A DNA stretch of 29,064 nt from a virus (IMGVR_UViG_3300020403_000060:1-29064); one strand, 5' to 3'; positions 8,067 to 16,497 are shown, numbered from the stretch's first letter. The notes: a model not told the origin generated them from the sequence alone. Numbers and translations: made by a program.

Positions 8067-9671
8067 ATGGCTATTCAAAAAGAAGAACTTTTCGGATTCG
8101 AACTAGTTCAGAACAAGAATGATAAACCAGTTCCGTCACCCATACCAAAACCTATGGATGATGGAACTGATCTTCCTGTTGGCGGCCGTATTGGTTATAC
8201 TTACGAACAGTATAGCAAAGCGCGTAATGAACATGCTCTCATAGCTCAGTACAGAGATATATCTTTTTATCCAGAAGCTGATTCAGCTATAGATGATATT
8301 GTAAACGAAGCTTTTACAACTGAGCATGAAAGACCTACTGTATCAATTAGATTAGATTTACTTAACATAGATGATAGAATTAAAGAAACTATTAGAGAAG
8401 AGTTTAAAAACACTCTTCATTTACTTAAGTTTCAAAGAAGATCATATGATATTTTTAGACAATGGTATGTAGATGGTAGAGTCTATTATCAAGTAATTAT
8501 TGATCCTAATGATTCTAGAACAGGGATTAAAGAACTTAGACCTATTGACGCTTTAAAAATTAAAAGACATGTTAAGCCGTTCTATGAAAAAGACCCTAGA
8601 ACAGGTGTCCCTATCTTAATAAAGGTAGATGAGTTTTTTGAATACTCACCCGATGGAGGCAATAATGGAGTAAAACTATCTAAAGATAGTATTGTATTTT
8701 GCCCGTCAGGTTTAGTTGATAGAAACAAAGGACAAATAGTAGGTTATTTAGACAAGGCAATTAAACCATTTAATAATTTAAGATCAATGGAAGATGCTCT
8801 TATTGTATATCGTATAGCAAGAGCACCTGAAAGAAGAATATTTTATGTAGATGTAGGAACATTACCTAAAATTAAAGCAGAGACTTATCTTCGTGATATG
8901 ATGAATAGGTATAGAAATAAAATAGATTATAACCCTAACACAGGAGAAATTCGTGACTCTAGAAAATTTATGTCACTCCTTGAAGACTTCTGGCTCCCTC
9001 GTAGAGAAGGTTCGCGTGGTACAGAAATTTCGACACTCCCTGGAGGACAAAATCTTGGAGACCTTGATGACGTCAATTACTTCAAAGAAAAATTGTACCA
9101 ATCACTCAACGTCCCAATCTCAAGAATCAACCAAGACAACAACTTCCAGCTCGGAAGAGCATCAGACATCTCAAGAGATGAGATCAAGTTCAGTAAGTTC
9201 ATTAAAAGAATAAGAAAACAATTTGCTGAGATTTTTAACGAAGTATTAAGAGTTCAATTAGTACTAAAAGGTGTATGTACTCAAAAAGAATTTGAAGAGA
9301 TGAGACAATATATCTCTTATGACTATCTCAAAGATATGCACTTTGATAAACTTAAACAAGTAGAACTACTTAATGACCAATTAAGTGTATTAAGAGATGC
9401 TTCTGAGTATGTAGGTAAATATTTCTCAATAGAATATGTACGCAAAGTAATCCTTGGTCAAACAGAAGAAGATATTGCAAGAATAGATAAAGAAATTATG
9501 GATGAGATGACTAAAGAACAAATTAAAGATCCTGATGCACCTCCTTCTCCGTTTGGATTTGAGAGTGTTGATCTACCAGGACCTGAAATAGTACCATCCG
9601 GAGAAAAAGATGTTCTTACTATAAATACTGAAACGGAGATTGTTGAGCAAGATGCCTCTACCTTACAATAA
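8067..9671 (+). CDS. gp20: Portal vertex protein
   Basis: FRQWYVDGR, MEDALIVYRIARAPERRIFYVDVG.LPK.KAE.YL, EDFWLPRREG.RGTEISTLPGGQNLG and I.RDEIKF.KF. Confidence 0.98.
   Translation: MAIQKEELFGFELVQNKNDKPVPSPIPKPMDDGTDLPVGGRIGYTYEQYSKARNEHALIAQYRDISFYPEADSAIDDIVNEAFTTEHERPTVSIRLDLLNIDDRIKETIREEFKNTLHLLKFQRRSYDIFRQWYVDGRVYYQVIIDPNDSRTGIKELRPIDALKIKRHVKPFYEKDPRTGVPILIKVDEFFEYSPDGGNNGVKLSKDSIVFCPSGLVDRNKGQIVGYLDKAIKPFNNLRSMEDALIVYRIARAPERRIFYVDVGTLPKIKAETYLRDMMNRYRNKIDYNPNTGEIRDSRKFMSLLEDFWLPRREGSRGTEISTLPGGQNLGDLDDVNYFKEKLYQSLNVPISRINQDNNFQLGRASDISRDEIKFSKFIKRIRKQFAEIFNEVLRVQLVLKGVCTQKEFEEMRQYISYDYLKDMHFDKLKQVELLNDQLSVLRDASEYVGKYFSIEYVRKVILGQTEEDIARIDKEIMDEMTKEQIKDPDAPPSPFGFESVDLPGPEIVPSGEKDVLTINTETEIVEQDASTLQ
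9620..9627 (+). promoter_or_regulatory. T4-type late promoter inside the portal 3' end, upstream of gp13
   Basis: Perfect TATAAATA ending 24 nt before ATG 9652. Confidence 0.6.
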
Positions 9672-10767
9672 ACAAGAGTTAGCAGATTGGATCTTACGTA
9701 GACTCGGTGCACCGGTTATCAACGTAGAGATTGCTGATGTTCAACTTGAAGATTGTATTGATGAAGCAGTTCAGTTCTTTCACTATTATCATTATGACGG
9801 TGCTCAAAGATCTTATAGAACAATTAAAGTAGATACTAATCTATTAAACCGTAACAAAAGAATACATCAAGATTTAACAGCTGAAGATTTTGACTCTGAT
9901 ATTTTAAACACCTATAGAGTAGGTGATAGAGTCATGCTTAAGAAAGATAATGTACAAGGTAAAAGAATTTATATTAAGAAAGATTCAGAAGCTCCTGATT
10001 ACGATTCAGATCAGTATGGAGCTTTAGTTTTAGATTCAGATGGTGTAACTTATAGAGCTTTAGATTCTGATTTAGATTTTTCTGATTCTGATTCTCCAAC
10101 CAGATTTACTCAAGTAACTAGACATGATGGCTTTAACAAATACTTTGTAGAAGAACAAGTATTGCTAGAAGAACAAAATATTACAGTCACTAGTACTGGT
10201 CAAATAGGAATTAAAGTGCCAGATAGTATAGTATCAGTTACAAAGGTTTCTAAAGTTGATTCCTTTACTCAAGCGGGTATGTATAATTTTGAGTATCAAT
10301 ATTTTTTAAACAACTTTGATATGTTCTATAGCGGTGCTCATGGTACAGGTTTATCAAATTATTATACACAAAAATTAAATGTAGAACATATTGATTTTCT
10401 TCTCAATACAATGCCTGCTATTAGATTTAACATGTATAAAAGTAGATTATACTTAGATGTTGATTGGAAGAGAATTAATACTCAAGCAAGTAATAAGAAT
10501 TTTTATTTACTTTGTGAAGTTTACGAAGTAGCCGATCCTGAAATTAATGGAGAGGTATATAAAAATACGTGGTTAAAAAGATATGCAACCGCGTTAGCAA
10601 AACAGCAGTGGGGTTCTAATTTGAAAAAATATCAAAACACAGAACTACCTGGTGGAGTACAACTTGATGGTCAAGGGTTATGGCAAGAAGCTACAACTGA
10701 AATTCAAGAGTTAGAAGAAGAGTTAAAGAATGCAACACTTGAAATGGATTCTATACTCTGGGGTTAA
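9652..10767 (+). CDS. gp13: Neck protein with a DSD-rich insertion
   Basis: ILRRLGAPVINVEI...Q..DCID.A.Q.F..YHYDG and WLKRYATALAKQQWGSNL.KY....LPGGV.LDG. Likely start ATG 9652. Confidence 0.93.
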   Translation: MPLPYNKQELADWILRRLGAPVINVEIADVQLEDCIDEAVQFFHYYHYDGAQRSYRTIKVDTNLLNRNKRIHQDLTAEDFDSDILNTYRVGDRVMLKKDNVQGKRIYIKKDSEAPDYDSDQYGALVLDSDGVTYRALDSDLDFSDSDSPTRFTQVTRHDGFNKYFVEEQVLLEEQNITVTSTGQIGIKVPDSIVSVTKVSKVDSFTQAGMYNFEYQYFLNNFDMFYSGAHGTGLSNYYTQKLNVEHIDFLLNTMPAIRFNMYKSRLYLDVDWKRINTQASNKNFYLLCEVYEVADPEINGEVYKNTWLKRYATALAKQQWGSNLKKYQNTELPGGVQLDGQGLWQEATTEIQELEEELKNATLEMDSILWG

Positions 10768-10772
10768 AAAGG

Positions 10773-10780
10773 AATAAATA
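10773..10780 (+). promoter_or_regulatory. Late promoter variant AATAAATA, 4 nt before ATG
   Basis: One mismatch to TATAAATA; same spacing to ATG as three other sites. Confidence 0.5.
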
Positions 10781-10784
10781 AATT

Positions 10785-10943
10785 ATGATGGACTTTAGAG
10801 ATTTTTTACAAGCTGATGAGTCAGATGATTTTAATAAATCTTTCAAAGAAGAGATGACTAAGCGCGTTTTTGCTAAACTCGACGACATGAAACGTACTAT
10901 GGCCAAAGATTATTTGACGAGTGATGAAAATGAATCTTCTTGA
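10785..10943 (+). CDS. Small prohead core protein (gp67-like)
   Basis: 52-aa charged helical ORF MMDFRDFLQADESDDFNKSFKEEMTKRVFAKLDDMKRTMAKDYL..., in the gp67 position. Not in the ORF track. Confidence 0.55.
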   Translation: MMDFRDFLQADESDDFNKSFKEEMTKRVFAKLDDMKRTMAKDYLTSDENESS

Positions 10944-11754
10944 ATGGAAACAATATCAGACTCAAACGTTTAGAGAAGAGTTGAAGAGACAGATGCATGC
11001 TGGCGTGTCTCATGATACTCACTTCTTGTTTTCTGACGAACAGTTAGAAGAAATGAAGCAAGAAGTTGAAATAGAACGTTTTGAAGAAACAGTAACCTTT
11101 GATGGTGAGATTGATTTAGACCCTCAACTAATCGAAAATCATTCTGAAGTACAAGAAGTATTTGACTTTGTTCCTAACGAAGAAGGTCAAGTAATGGATT
11201 TGGTATTTGAATTTGATTTAAATGTAATCGATCCTTCTATTAATAGCATGAATGCTTTACGTGAGCTTTTATTTGCTGAAGATTATGAAATGGAAATGAT
11301 AGAAGAAGAGAGTATAAAAGAAGGTGAAGATTTAGACGGAGAAGATAAAAATTGTGGTTGTGGTCAAACTCCATGTAAGACTTACGGAATGAAAGATGCA
11401 TTATCTGATGAAGATTTAGATCGTTGTAATGAAAATGTAATCGCCGAGGAAAAGAATCCAGCCGGAGGTAAAAAGACAAAAGGTAAACCACAAAGAGCAA
11501 AAGTAATTTTTAAGAGAGCTAAAGGTCAAGTAAGTAAAAAGAAAATTTGTGGACCAGGAATGAGATTAGCAGGTAATAGATGCTTGCCTCAAACAGGAAC
11601 TCAGAAAGCAAAGATGCGCCGCGCTGGTATAAAACTTAAAAGAGCGAAAAGAGCTATGGGCGGCGGCGCTAAGAAAAAAGCAGCATTGAAAGCTAAGATT
11701 ACCAAACGTAGAGTTAAAGGTAGATCTAGATCATTGGCTAACACGACTAATTAA
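10930..11754 (+). CDS. Prohead core protein (gp68-like) with acidic N-terminus and very basic C-terminus
   Basis: Position upstream of gp21; Lys/Arg-rich tail (KLKRAKRAM..KKKAALKAKITKRR). Confidence 0.55.
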   Translation: MNLLEWKQYQTQTFREELKRQMHAGVSHDTHFLFSDEQLEEMKQEVEIERFEETVTFDGEIDLDPQLIENHSEVQEVFDFVPNEEGQVMDLVFEFDLNVIDPSINSMNALRELLFAEDYEMEMIEEESIKEGEDLDGEDKNCGCGQTPCKTYGMKDALSDEDLDRCNENVIAEEKNPAGGKKTKGKPQRAKVIFKRAKGQVSKKKICGPGMRLAGNRCLPQTGTQKAKMRRAGIKLKRAKRAMGGGAKKKAALKAKITKRRVKGRSRSLANTTN

Positions 11755-11765
11755 AGGTATAGAAA

Positions 11766-12110
11766 ATGGCAACTAATGTAGTATCAAAAAATTTAAAAGG
11801 TGGTGGCTCTACACCAGGAAATAGAGTAGTGTATCATATATACGATGCCAATGCTTCTTTAACAGCTCAAGATTTTACTTTCGCTAGAGGTTCAGGAGCT
11901 ATAGGAGATTCTGAATATGTGCCTGTAAGAATAATTGAGTCAGTTATTAACATGGGGCAATCTCCTGTAACAATTGATGGTAAAGATTTTGAAACAGGAA
12001 GATGGGAAATGTCAATGCATGGTGGAATTAGATTAGATACAGTCGGTGTATGTGCTGTAACTTTCGGAACTGCTAGTCAAGGAAATGTATTGATAGAATT
12101 CAGGAGCTAG
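11766..12110 (+). CDS. Hypothetical head-module protein
   Basis: 114-aa beta-rich ORF directly before gp21; contains GDSE. Confidence 0.6.
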   Translation: MATNVVSKNLKGGGSTPGNRVVYHIYDANASLTAQDFTFARGSGAIGDSEYVPVRIIESVINMGQSPVTIDGKDFETGRWEMSMHGGIRLDTVGVCAVTFGTASQGNVLIEFRS

Positions 12111-12112
12111 AC

Positions 12113-12775
12113 ATGAAACTTATTAAAGAAGATATTAGCTTTAATGATATGCAAGTTTTGTCAGAAGGTAAAGGTTCTGATAAAAGAATGTATATATCAG
12201 GTCCTTTTTTGCAAGCAGTAAAAGAAAATAAAAATAAAAGAATTTATCCAGAACAAGTAATGGATAACGCTGTAGCTAATTATCAAAAAGATTATATTGA
12301 CGAAAAGCGCGCACTCGGAGAGTTAAACCATCCAGCAGAACCTATTGTTAATCCTGAGCGTGCTGCTATAATGACAGAAAGTTTAAAGAAGACACCTACA
12401 AAGGAAGCTATCTATTATGAAGGTAAAGCTAAAGTACTCTCTACTCCTATGGGTAAGATTGTAGAAAACCTTTTACAAGATGATGTTAAAATTGGTGTTT
12501 CTTCTAGAGGTTTAGGATCGCTGATGCCAACTAATGGTATTAATATAGTAGGAGAAGATTTTACTCTTACAACTGCAGCTGATGTTGTATTCGATCCTTC
12601 TGCTCAATCTTCTTTTGTTGAAGGTGTTTATGAGCAAGCAGAGTGGATTTACGAGTCTGGAATGTGGAAACAAATTGACTTAGACTTCCAGAGAGAGAAA
12701 TTAAAAAGAGCTAAAATGAAAGAGCTCAACAAAGTTAAGTTGGAAGTATTTGAGAGCTTCTTAAAAACACTTTAA
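12113..12775 (+). CDS. gp21: Prohead protease
   Basis: MKLIKE, N.N.RIYP, RALGELNHP, TPMGKIV, IGVSSRGLGS and AADVV.DPSA..FVEG. Confidence 0.96.
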   Translation: MKLIKEDISFNDMQVLSEGKGSDKRMYISGPFLQAVKENKNKRIYPEQVMDNAVANYQKDYIDEKRALGELNHPAEPIVNPERAAIMTESLKKTPTKEAIYYEGKAKVLSTPMGKIVENLLQDDVKIGVSSRGLGSLMPTNGINIVGEDFTLTTAADVVFDPSAQSSFVEGVYEQAEWIYESGMWKQIDLDFQREKLKRAKMKELNKVKLEVFESFLKTL

Positions 12776-12783
12776 TATAAATA
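12776..12783 (+). promoter_or_regulatory. T4-type late promoter TATAAATA
   Basis: Perfect consensus immediately after the gp21 stop and before the gp22 SD (GGAG). Confidence 0.8.
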
Positions 12784-12803
12784 GATTAACGGAGTTTAAT
12801 ACA

Positions 12804-14882
12804 ATGGAAAAAAATAACGGTTTAATTGATGTTATTGAGGAGCTTTTGGAAGCAGATATGACTGCACCTAAAAAGGTTAAAAACCCTCAAAATAAAATGG
12901 CTGCAGAAGAAAAAGTTGAAGAAGCACAAGACAAGTCAGATGCTTCTGTTAAAAAGCTTCCTAATTCAAAGCCTAAAGCAGATAATCAATCAGATAATTC
13001 ATCTGAGATTATCGGATCTGAAAAAGGCGCAGCTATGGATGCTGGCGGTGATAAGGATGTAGGTAAGATGGATAAAGGTAAACTTCCTTCTGATGCATCT
13101 GATAATTCTAGCGAGGTTATCGGTAAGAACTCCGGAGCAGCATTAGATGCAGGGGGTGATAAAGATGTTGGAAAGCCTAAAAATAAAGATAAAGGTCAGC
13201 CTTCAGATGCTTCACCAGCAGCTGAGCCAAATAAAGGACCACATAATCAAGCTATGGATGAAGATCTACATGATGCAGATGACAGCATTGCTGAAGATGA
13301 CGGAAGTGATAATGAATCTGTGGAAGAAGGTCAAGACACCAAAGTAGAAAAAGATTCTAACGATGAACAGCTTCCAGATGAAGAAAAAGAATCAATGAAG
13401 AATATGAAATCTGAAGAAGTTGAAGAAGATATGGAATGGGATTGGGATAAAATTGATTCATTATCAGAAGACGAATTTAATGAGCTAGTTGATCAATTAA
13501 GTGAAGACGAGCTTAAAGAGTTTAATGATCATTATGAAGAGCTTAAGGAAGCTAAGCATAAAGATAAAGAAGATGATGATGAAGATCATGATGATAAGGA
13601 AGAAGCAGACGAGTCAGTTGAAGAAGGTCATGATAAAGATCATGATGACGACGATGACGATGACGATGACGATGATGACAAAGAAGAAGCTGATGAGTCT
13701 GTAGAAGAAGAAATGGAGTGGGATTGGGAAAAGATCGAAGGTCTTACTGAAGAAGAATTCCATGATTTCTATACAAACTTATCAGAAGAAGATCAGGCAG
13801 AGATTGAAGACCATTATAAAGAAGTCACTGAAGCTCATGACAAAGGAGACATGGATGGTGATGGAAAAGATGAGCCTGACGATAAAGAATATATGGACAA
13901 TAAAGATAAAGCTATCAAAAAGGCTATGGGCAAAAAAGCTGAAGAGTCTGTAGAAGAAGCTAAACATAAAGATAAAGAGGATGATGAAGAAGAGGTTGAA
14001 GAAGCAACTGGTGAAAAGCTTGAAGCAGCTCCTTCTAAAGCTGAAAATGATGCTATGCGTCCTAATGAAGAAAAAGGTAAAAATGAGCCTACATCTAAGG
14101 GTGGTAATCCTGGTGAAGGAGCTCATGACCAATCTAATGATCCAAATGAAACATCTACAAAAGCTAATCCTAAAGGACCAGTTAAAGAAGATGTTGATGA
14201 TTTAACAGAAGATCTTGAAGATGACTTCAAAGAAAAAGCAGCAGTTATTTTTGAAACAGCTGTTAATGAAAAAACAAATATCATTAGAGAAGAAATCGAA
14301 GCTGAGTACGCTCAACAATTAGAAGAAAAAGTTGATGAGATCAACGAAAGAGTTAATGAGTATGTTGACTATGTCGTAAATGAATGGCTCGAAGAAAATC
14401 AACTTGAGATTAAATACTCACTTCGTACAGAAATTGCAGAAAACTTTATTCGCGAAATGAAGACAGTTTTCGAATCAAACTTTATCGATATTCCAGAAGA
14501 AGAAGTATCAGTTGTTGATGAATTGACTGAAGCAGTTGAGTCATATAAAGAGCAAATTGAAGAGCAATCTTCTGAGCTTGAGACAGCTAAGAAAGAGCTT
14601 TTGGAAATAAAGAGAAAAGAAATTGTCGAGTCTATCGGTGATGACCTTCCACAGACACAAAAGATCCGCTTAGAAAAGTTGTCTGAGAATGTTGAAGCTG
14701 AAGACATCGAAGAGTTCAGATATAAAGTCGAGCAGCTTAAAGAAGGCTATTTTGATGAGTCATCTGAGCAACCGCTTCTTAGCTCATTGAGTGAGGAAGT
14801 ATTCGGTGGAACCGTTATCGAAGAAGATGATAGTTCTGTATCGCAGTACGCGAAGTTTCTTTCAAAGACTGTGACTAAGTAA
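12804..14882 (+). CDS. gp22: Prohead core scaffold protein with a long, acidic, repetitive N-terminal extension
   Basis: C-terminal FKEKAAVIFETAV, YVDYVVNEWLEEN.L.I...LRTEIAENF, F..NFIDIPEE and L.EGYF; lies between gp21 and gp23. Confidence 0.92.
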   Translation: MEKNNGLIDVIEELLEADMTAPKKVKNPQNKMAAEEKVEEAQDKSDASVKKLPNSKPKADNQSDNSSEIIGSEKGAAMDAGGDKDVGKMDKGKLPSDASDNSSEVIGKNSGAALDAGGDKDVGKPKNKDKGQPSDASPAAEPNKGPHNQAMDEDLHDADDSIAEDDGSDNESVEEGQDTKVEKDSNDEQLPDEEKESMKNMKSEEVEEDMEWDWDKIDSLSEDEFNELVDQLSEDELKEFNDHYEELKEAKHKDKEDDDEDHDDKEEADESVEEGHDKDHDDDDDDDDDDDDKEEADESVEEEMEWDWEKIEGLTEEEFHDFYTNLSEEDQAEIEDHYKEVTEAHDKGDMDGDGKDEPDDKEYMDNKDKAIKKAMGKKAEESVEEAKHKDKEDDEEEVEEATGEKLEAAPSKAENDAMRPNEEKGKNEPTSKGGNPGEGAHDQSNDPNETSTKANPKGPVKEDVDDLTEDLEDDFKEKAAVIFETAVNEKTNIIREEIEAEYAQQLEEKVDEINERVNEYVDYVVNEWLEENQLEIKYSLRTEIAENFIREMKTVFESNFIDIPEEEVSVVDELTEAVESYKEQIEEQSSELETAKKELLEIKRKEIVESIGDDLPQTQKIRLEKLSENVEAEDIEEFRYKVEQLKEGYFDESSEQPLLSSLSEEVFGGTVIEEDDSSVSQYAKFLSKTVTK
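12990..14000 (+). repeat. Internal duplications in gp22 and a (GAY)n poly-Asp tract
   Basis: SDNSSE.IG...GAA.DAGGDKDVGK x2; EE.MEWDW.KI..L.E.EF x2; EAKHKDKEDD x2; DKEEADESVEE x2; GATGAC-type run at about 13644-13679. Confidence 0.85.
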
Positions 14883-14950
14883 GAAAATATAAAGAGTATT
14901 AAATATATAAGAAAATTTAGACATTATAAAATTTTTGAAGGAGAAACAAA

Positions 14951-16435
14951 ATGTCAACCGATGTCCTTATGGAAAAATGGGCACCAGTAATTAACCACGA
15001 CGATCTCGATCCTATTCAGGAAAGAGACAAGAAGGCGGTTGTTGCTCAGGTCCTTGAAAATACTGAAAAGGCATTGAAGGAAGAGGCAGGTGTTCTCGAT
15101 GAGTCAATGGTATCTGGTGCTGCTTTTGGTGGCGCATTCTCAGGTGCTGGTTCTAACGCTACAGTAAATGCTACTGGACGCGCTGGTTATGACCCGATTA
15201 TCATCTCACTCGTCCGTCGTGCTATGCCACAAATGATGGCTTTTGATCTCTGCGGTGTGCAGCCAATGTCTGCTCCAACCGGATTGATCTTCGCACTTCG
15301 TGCTCGTTACGGTGCAAACAATGAAACCGAAGGTGGAATTAACGCTGCAGAAGCTTTCTACAACGAAGTATTCCCGAACTATTCAGGTACAGCATTTAAT
15401 ACTGGTTCACCAGGAACTCATGCTGCAGGTTCAAATGATGCGGATGCAACCAATCCATTTGCTCCTGGTCGCGCACATAATGATGGCGCTGCTACTTCAT
15501 CTGAATCAGATGGTTTCGGTAACACAGGAACACCTGTAAATGATCCTTTCCAGGATACAGTTACTAGTGATCCAGCACTGAACACTAACTACAACCCAAC
15601 AATGGCAGAAGGTACTACACCTTATGGCATGACCACCAGAGAAGGTGAAGGGGACAACTTCCGTGAAATGTCATTCACAATTGAACGTACAGCTGTAGAA
15701 GCTAAGACACGTGCGCTCAAGAGTGAGTACACCATGGAATTGGTACAAGATCTTAAAGCAGTTCACGGCCTTGATGCAGAAGCTGAGTTGTCAAACATTT
15801 TGTCAACTGAAATTCTTGCTGAAATTAACCGTGAAGTGGTACGCACAATGGTTAGCCAAGCTAAGTATGGTGCAGACGGTTTAACTAACGATGGTATCTT
15901 TGACCTGATTGCTGATGGTCAAGGTCGTTGGTCAGTTGAGCGCCAGAAGGGCCTTATGCTGCAGCTTGAAAAAGAAGCTAATAAAGTAGCTTTCGAAACT
16001 CGCCGTGGTAAGGGTAACTTTGTACTCTGCTCAGCAAACGTAGCTTCTAGCTTGACAATGGCTGGTCTTCTTGACTACTCATCAGGCTTGAGCGATAATC
16101 TAAACGTTGATGTTACCTCAGGTGTGTTTGCAGGTACCCTCAATGGTCGTATGAGAGTCTATGTAGACCCATATGCAACATCAGGTGACTACGCTGTTGT
16201 TGGATATAAAGGTTCAAACAACATGGACGCAGGTATGTTCTATTGCCCATACGTTCCGTTGCAGATGGTTCGTGCAGTTGCACAGGAGACATTCCAGCCA
16301 AAGATTGGATTTAAAACTCGTTACGGCATGGTATCAAATCCATTTGCTGCTGGCGCAGGTGCAATTCAGTCACAAGGTTTGGCTGCTCCTAATACCAACG
16401 TATACTATCGTAAGTTCCGTATCGACAACGTCTAA
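14951..16435 (+). CDS. gp23: Major capsid protein
   Basis: KWAPV, DP..ISLVRRAMP...AFD.CGVQPM..PTGLIFA.R, FREMSF.IE...V.AK.RALK.EY..EL.QDLKAVHGLDAE.EL.NIL..EI..EINRE, FYCPYVPL and FQPKIGFKTRYG. Confidence 0.99.
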   Translation: MSTDVLMEKWAPVINHDDLDPIQERDKKAVVAQVLENTEKALKEEAGVLDESMVSGAAFGGAFSGAGSNATVNATGRAGYDPIIISLVRRAMPQMMAFDLCGVQPMSAPTGLIFALRARYGANNETEGGINAAEAFYNEVFPNYSGTAFNTGSPGTHAAGSNDADATNPFAPGRAHNDGAATSSESDGFGNTGTPVNDPFQDTVTSDPALNTNYNPTMAEGTTPYGMTTREGEGDNFREMSFTIERTAVEAKTRALKSEYTMELVQDLKAVHGLDAEAELSNILSTEILAEINREVVRTMVSQAKYGADGLTNDGIFDLIADGQGRWSVERQKGLMLQLEKEANKVAFETRRGKGNFVLCSANVASSLTMAGLLDYSSGLSDNLNVDVTSGVFAGTLNGRMRVYVDPYATSGDYAVVGYKGSNNMDAGMFYCPYVPLQMVRAVAQETFQPKIGFKTRYGMVSNPFAAGAGAIQSQGLAAPNTNVYYRKFRIDNV

Positions 16436-16455
16436 GTCGTTACGATTCTTTCTAG

Positions 16456-16483
16456 AGAGGCAGCTTCGGCTGCCTCTTTTTTT
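16456..16483 (+). terminator. Rho-independent terminator with a cUUCGg tetraloop
   Basis: AGAGGCAGC-TTCG-GCTGCCTCT followed by a T run, just after gp23. Confidence 0.9.
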
Positions 16484-16485
16484 AT

Positions 16486-16493
16486 GATAAATA
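16486..16493 (+). promoter_or_regulatory. Late promoter variant GATAAATA, 4 nt before the gp3 ATG
   Basis: Directly downstream of the terminator, so gp3 needs its own promoter; one mismatch to consensus. Confidence 0.6.
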
Positions 16494-16497
16494 TAAT

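Noticed and set aside
3869-11500. Minus-strand and short off-frame ORFs overlapping the fibre, sheath, tube, portal and core genes
   Set aside because: They overlap well-supported genes and carry no recognisable motifs.
13147-14707. Alternative-frame and antisense ORFs over gp22 (e.g. MMKIMM..., 13782..14132)
   Set aside because: These are shadows of GAA/GAT-rich low-complexity coding, with no RBS or protein-like composition.
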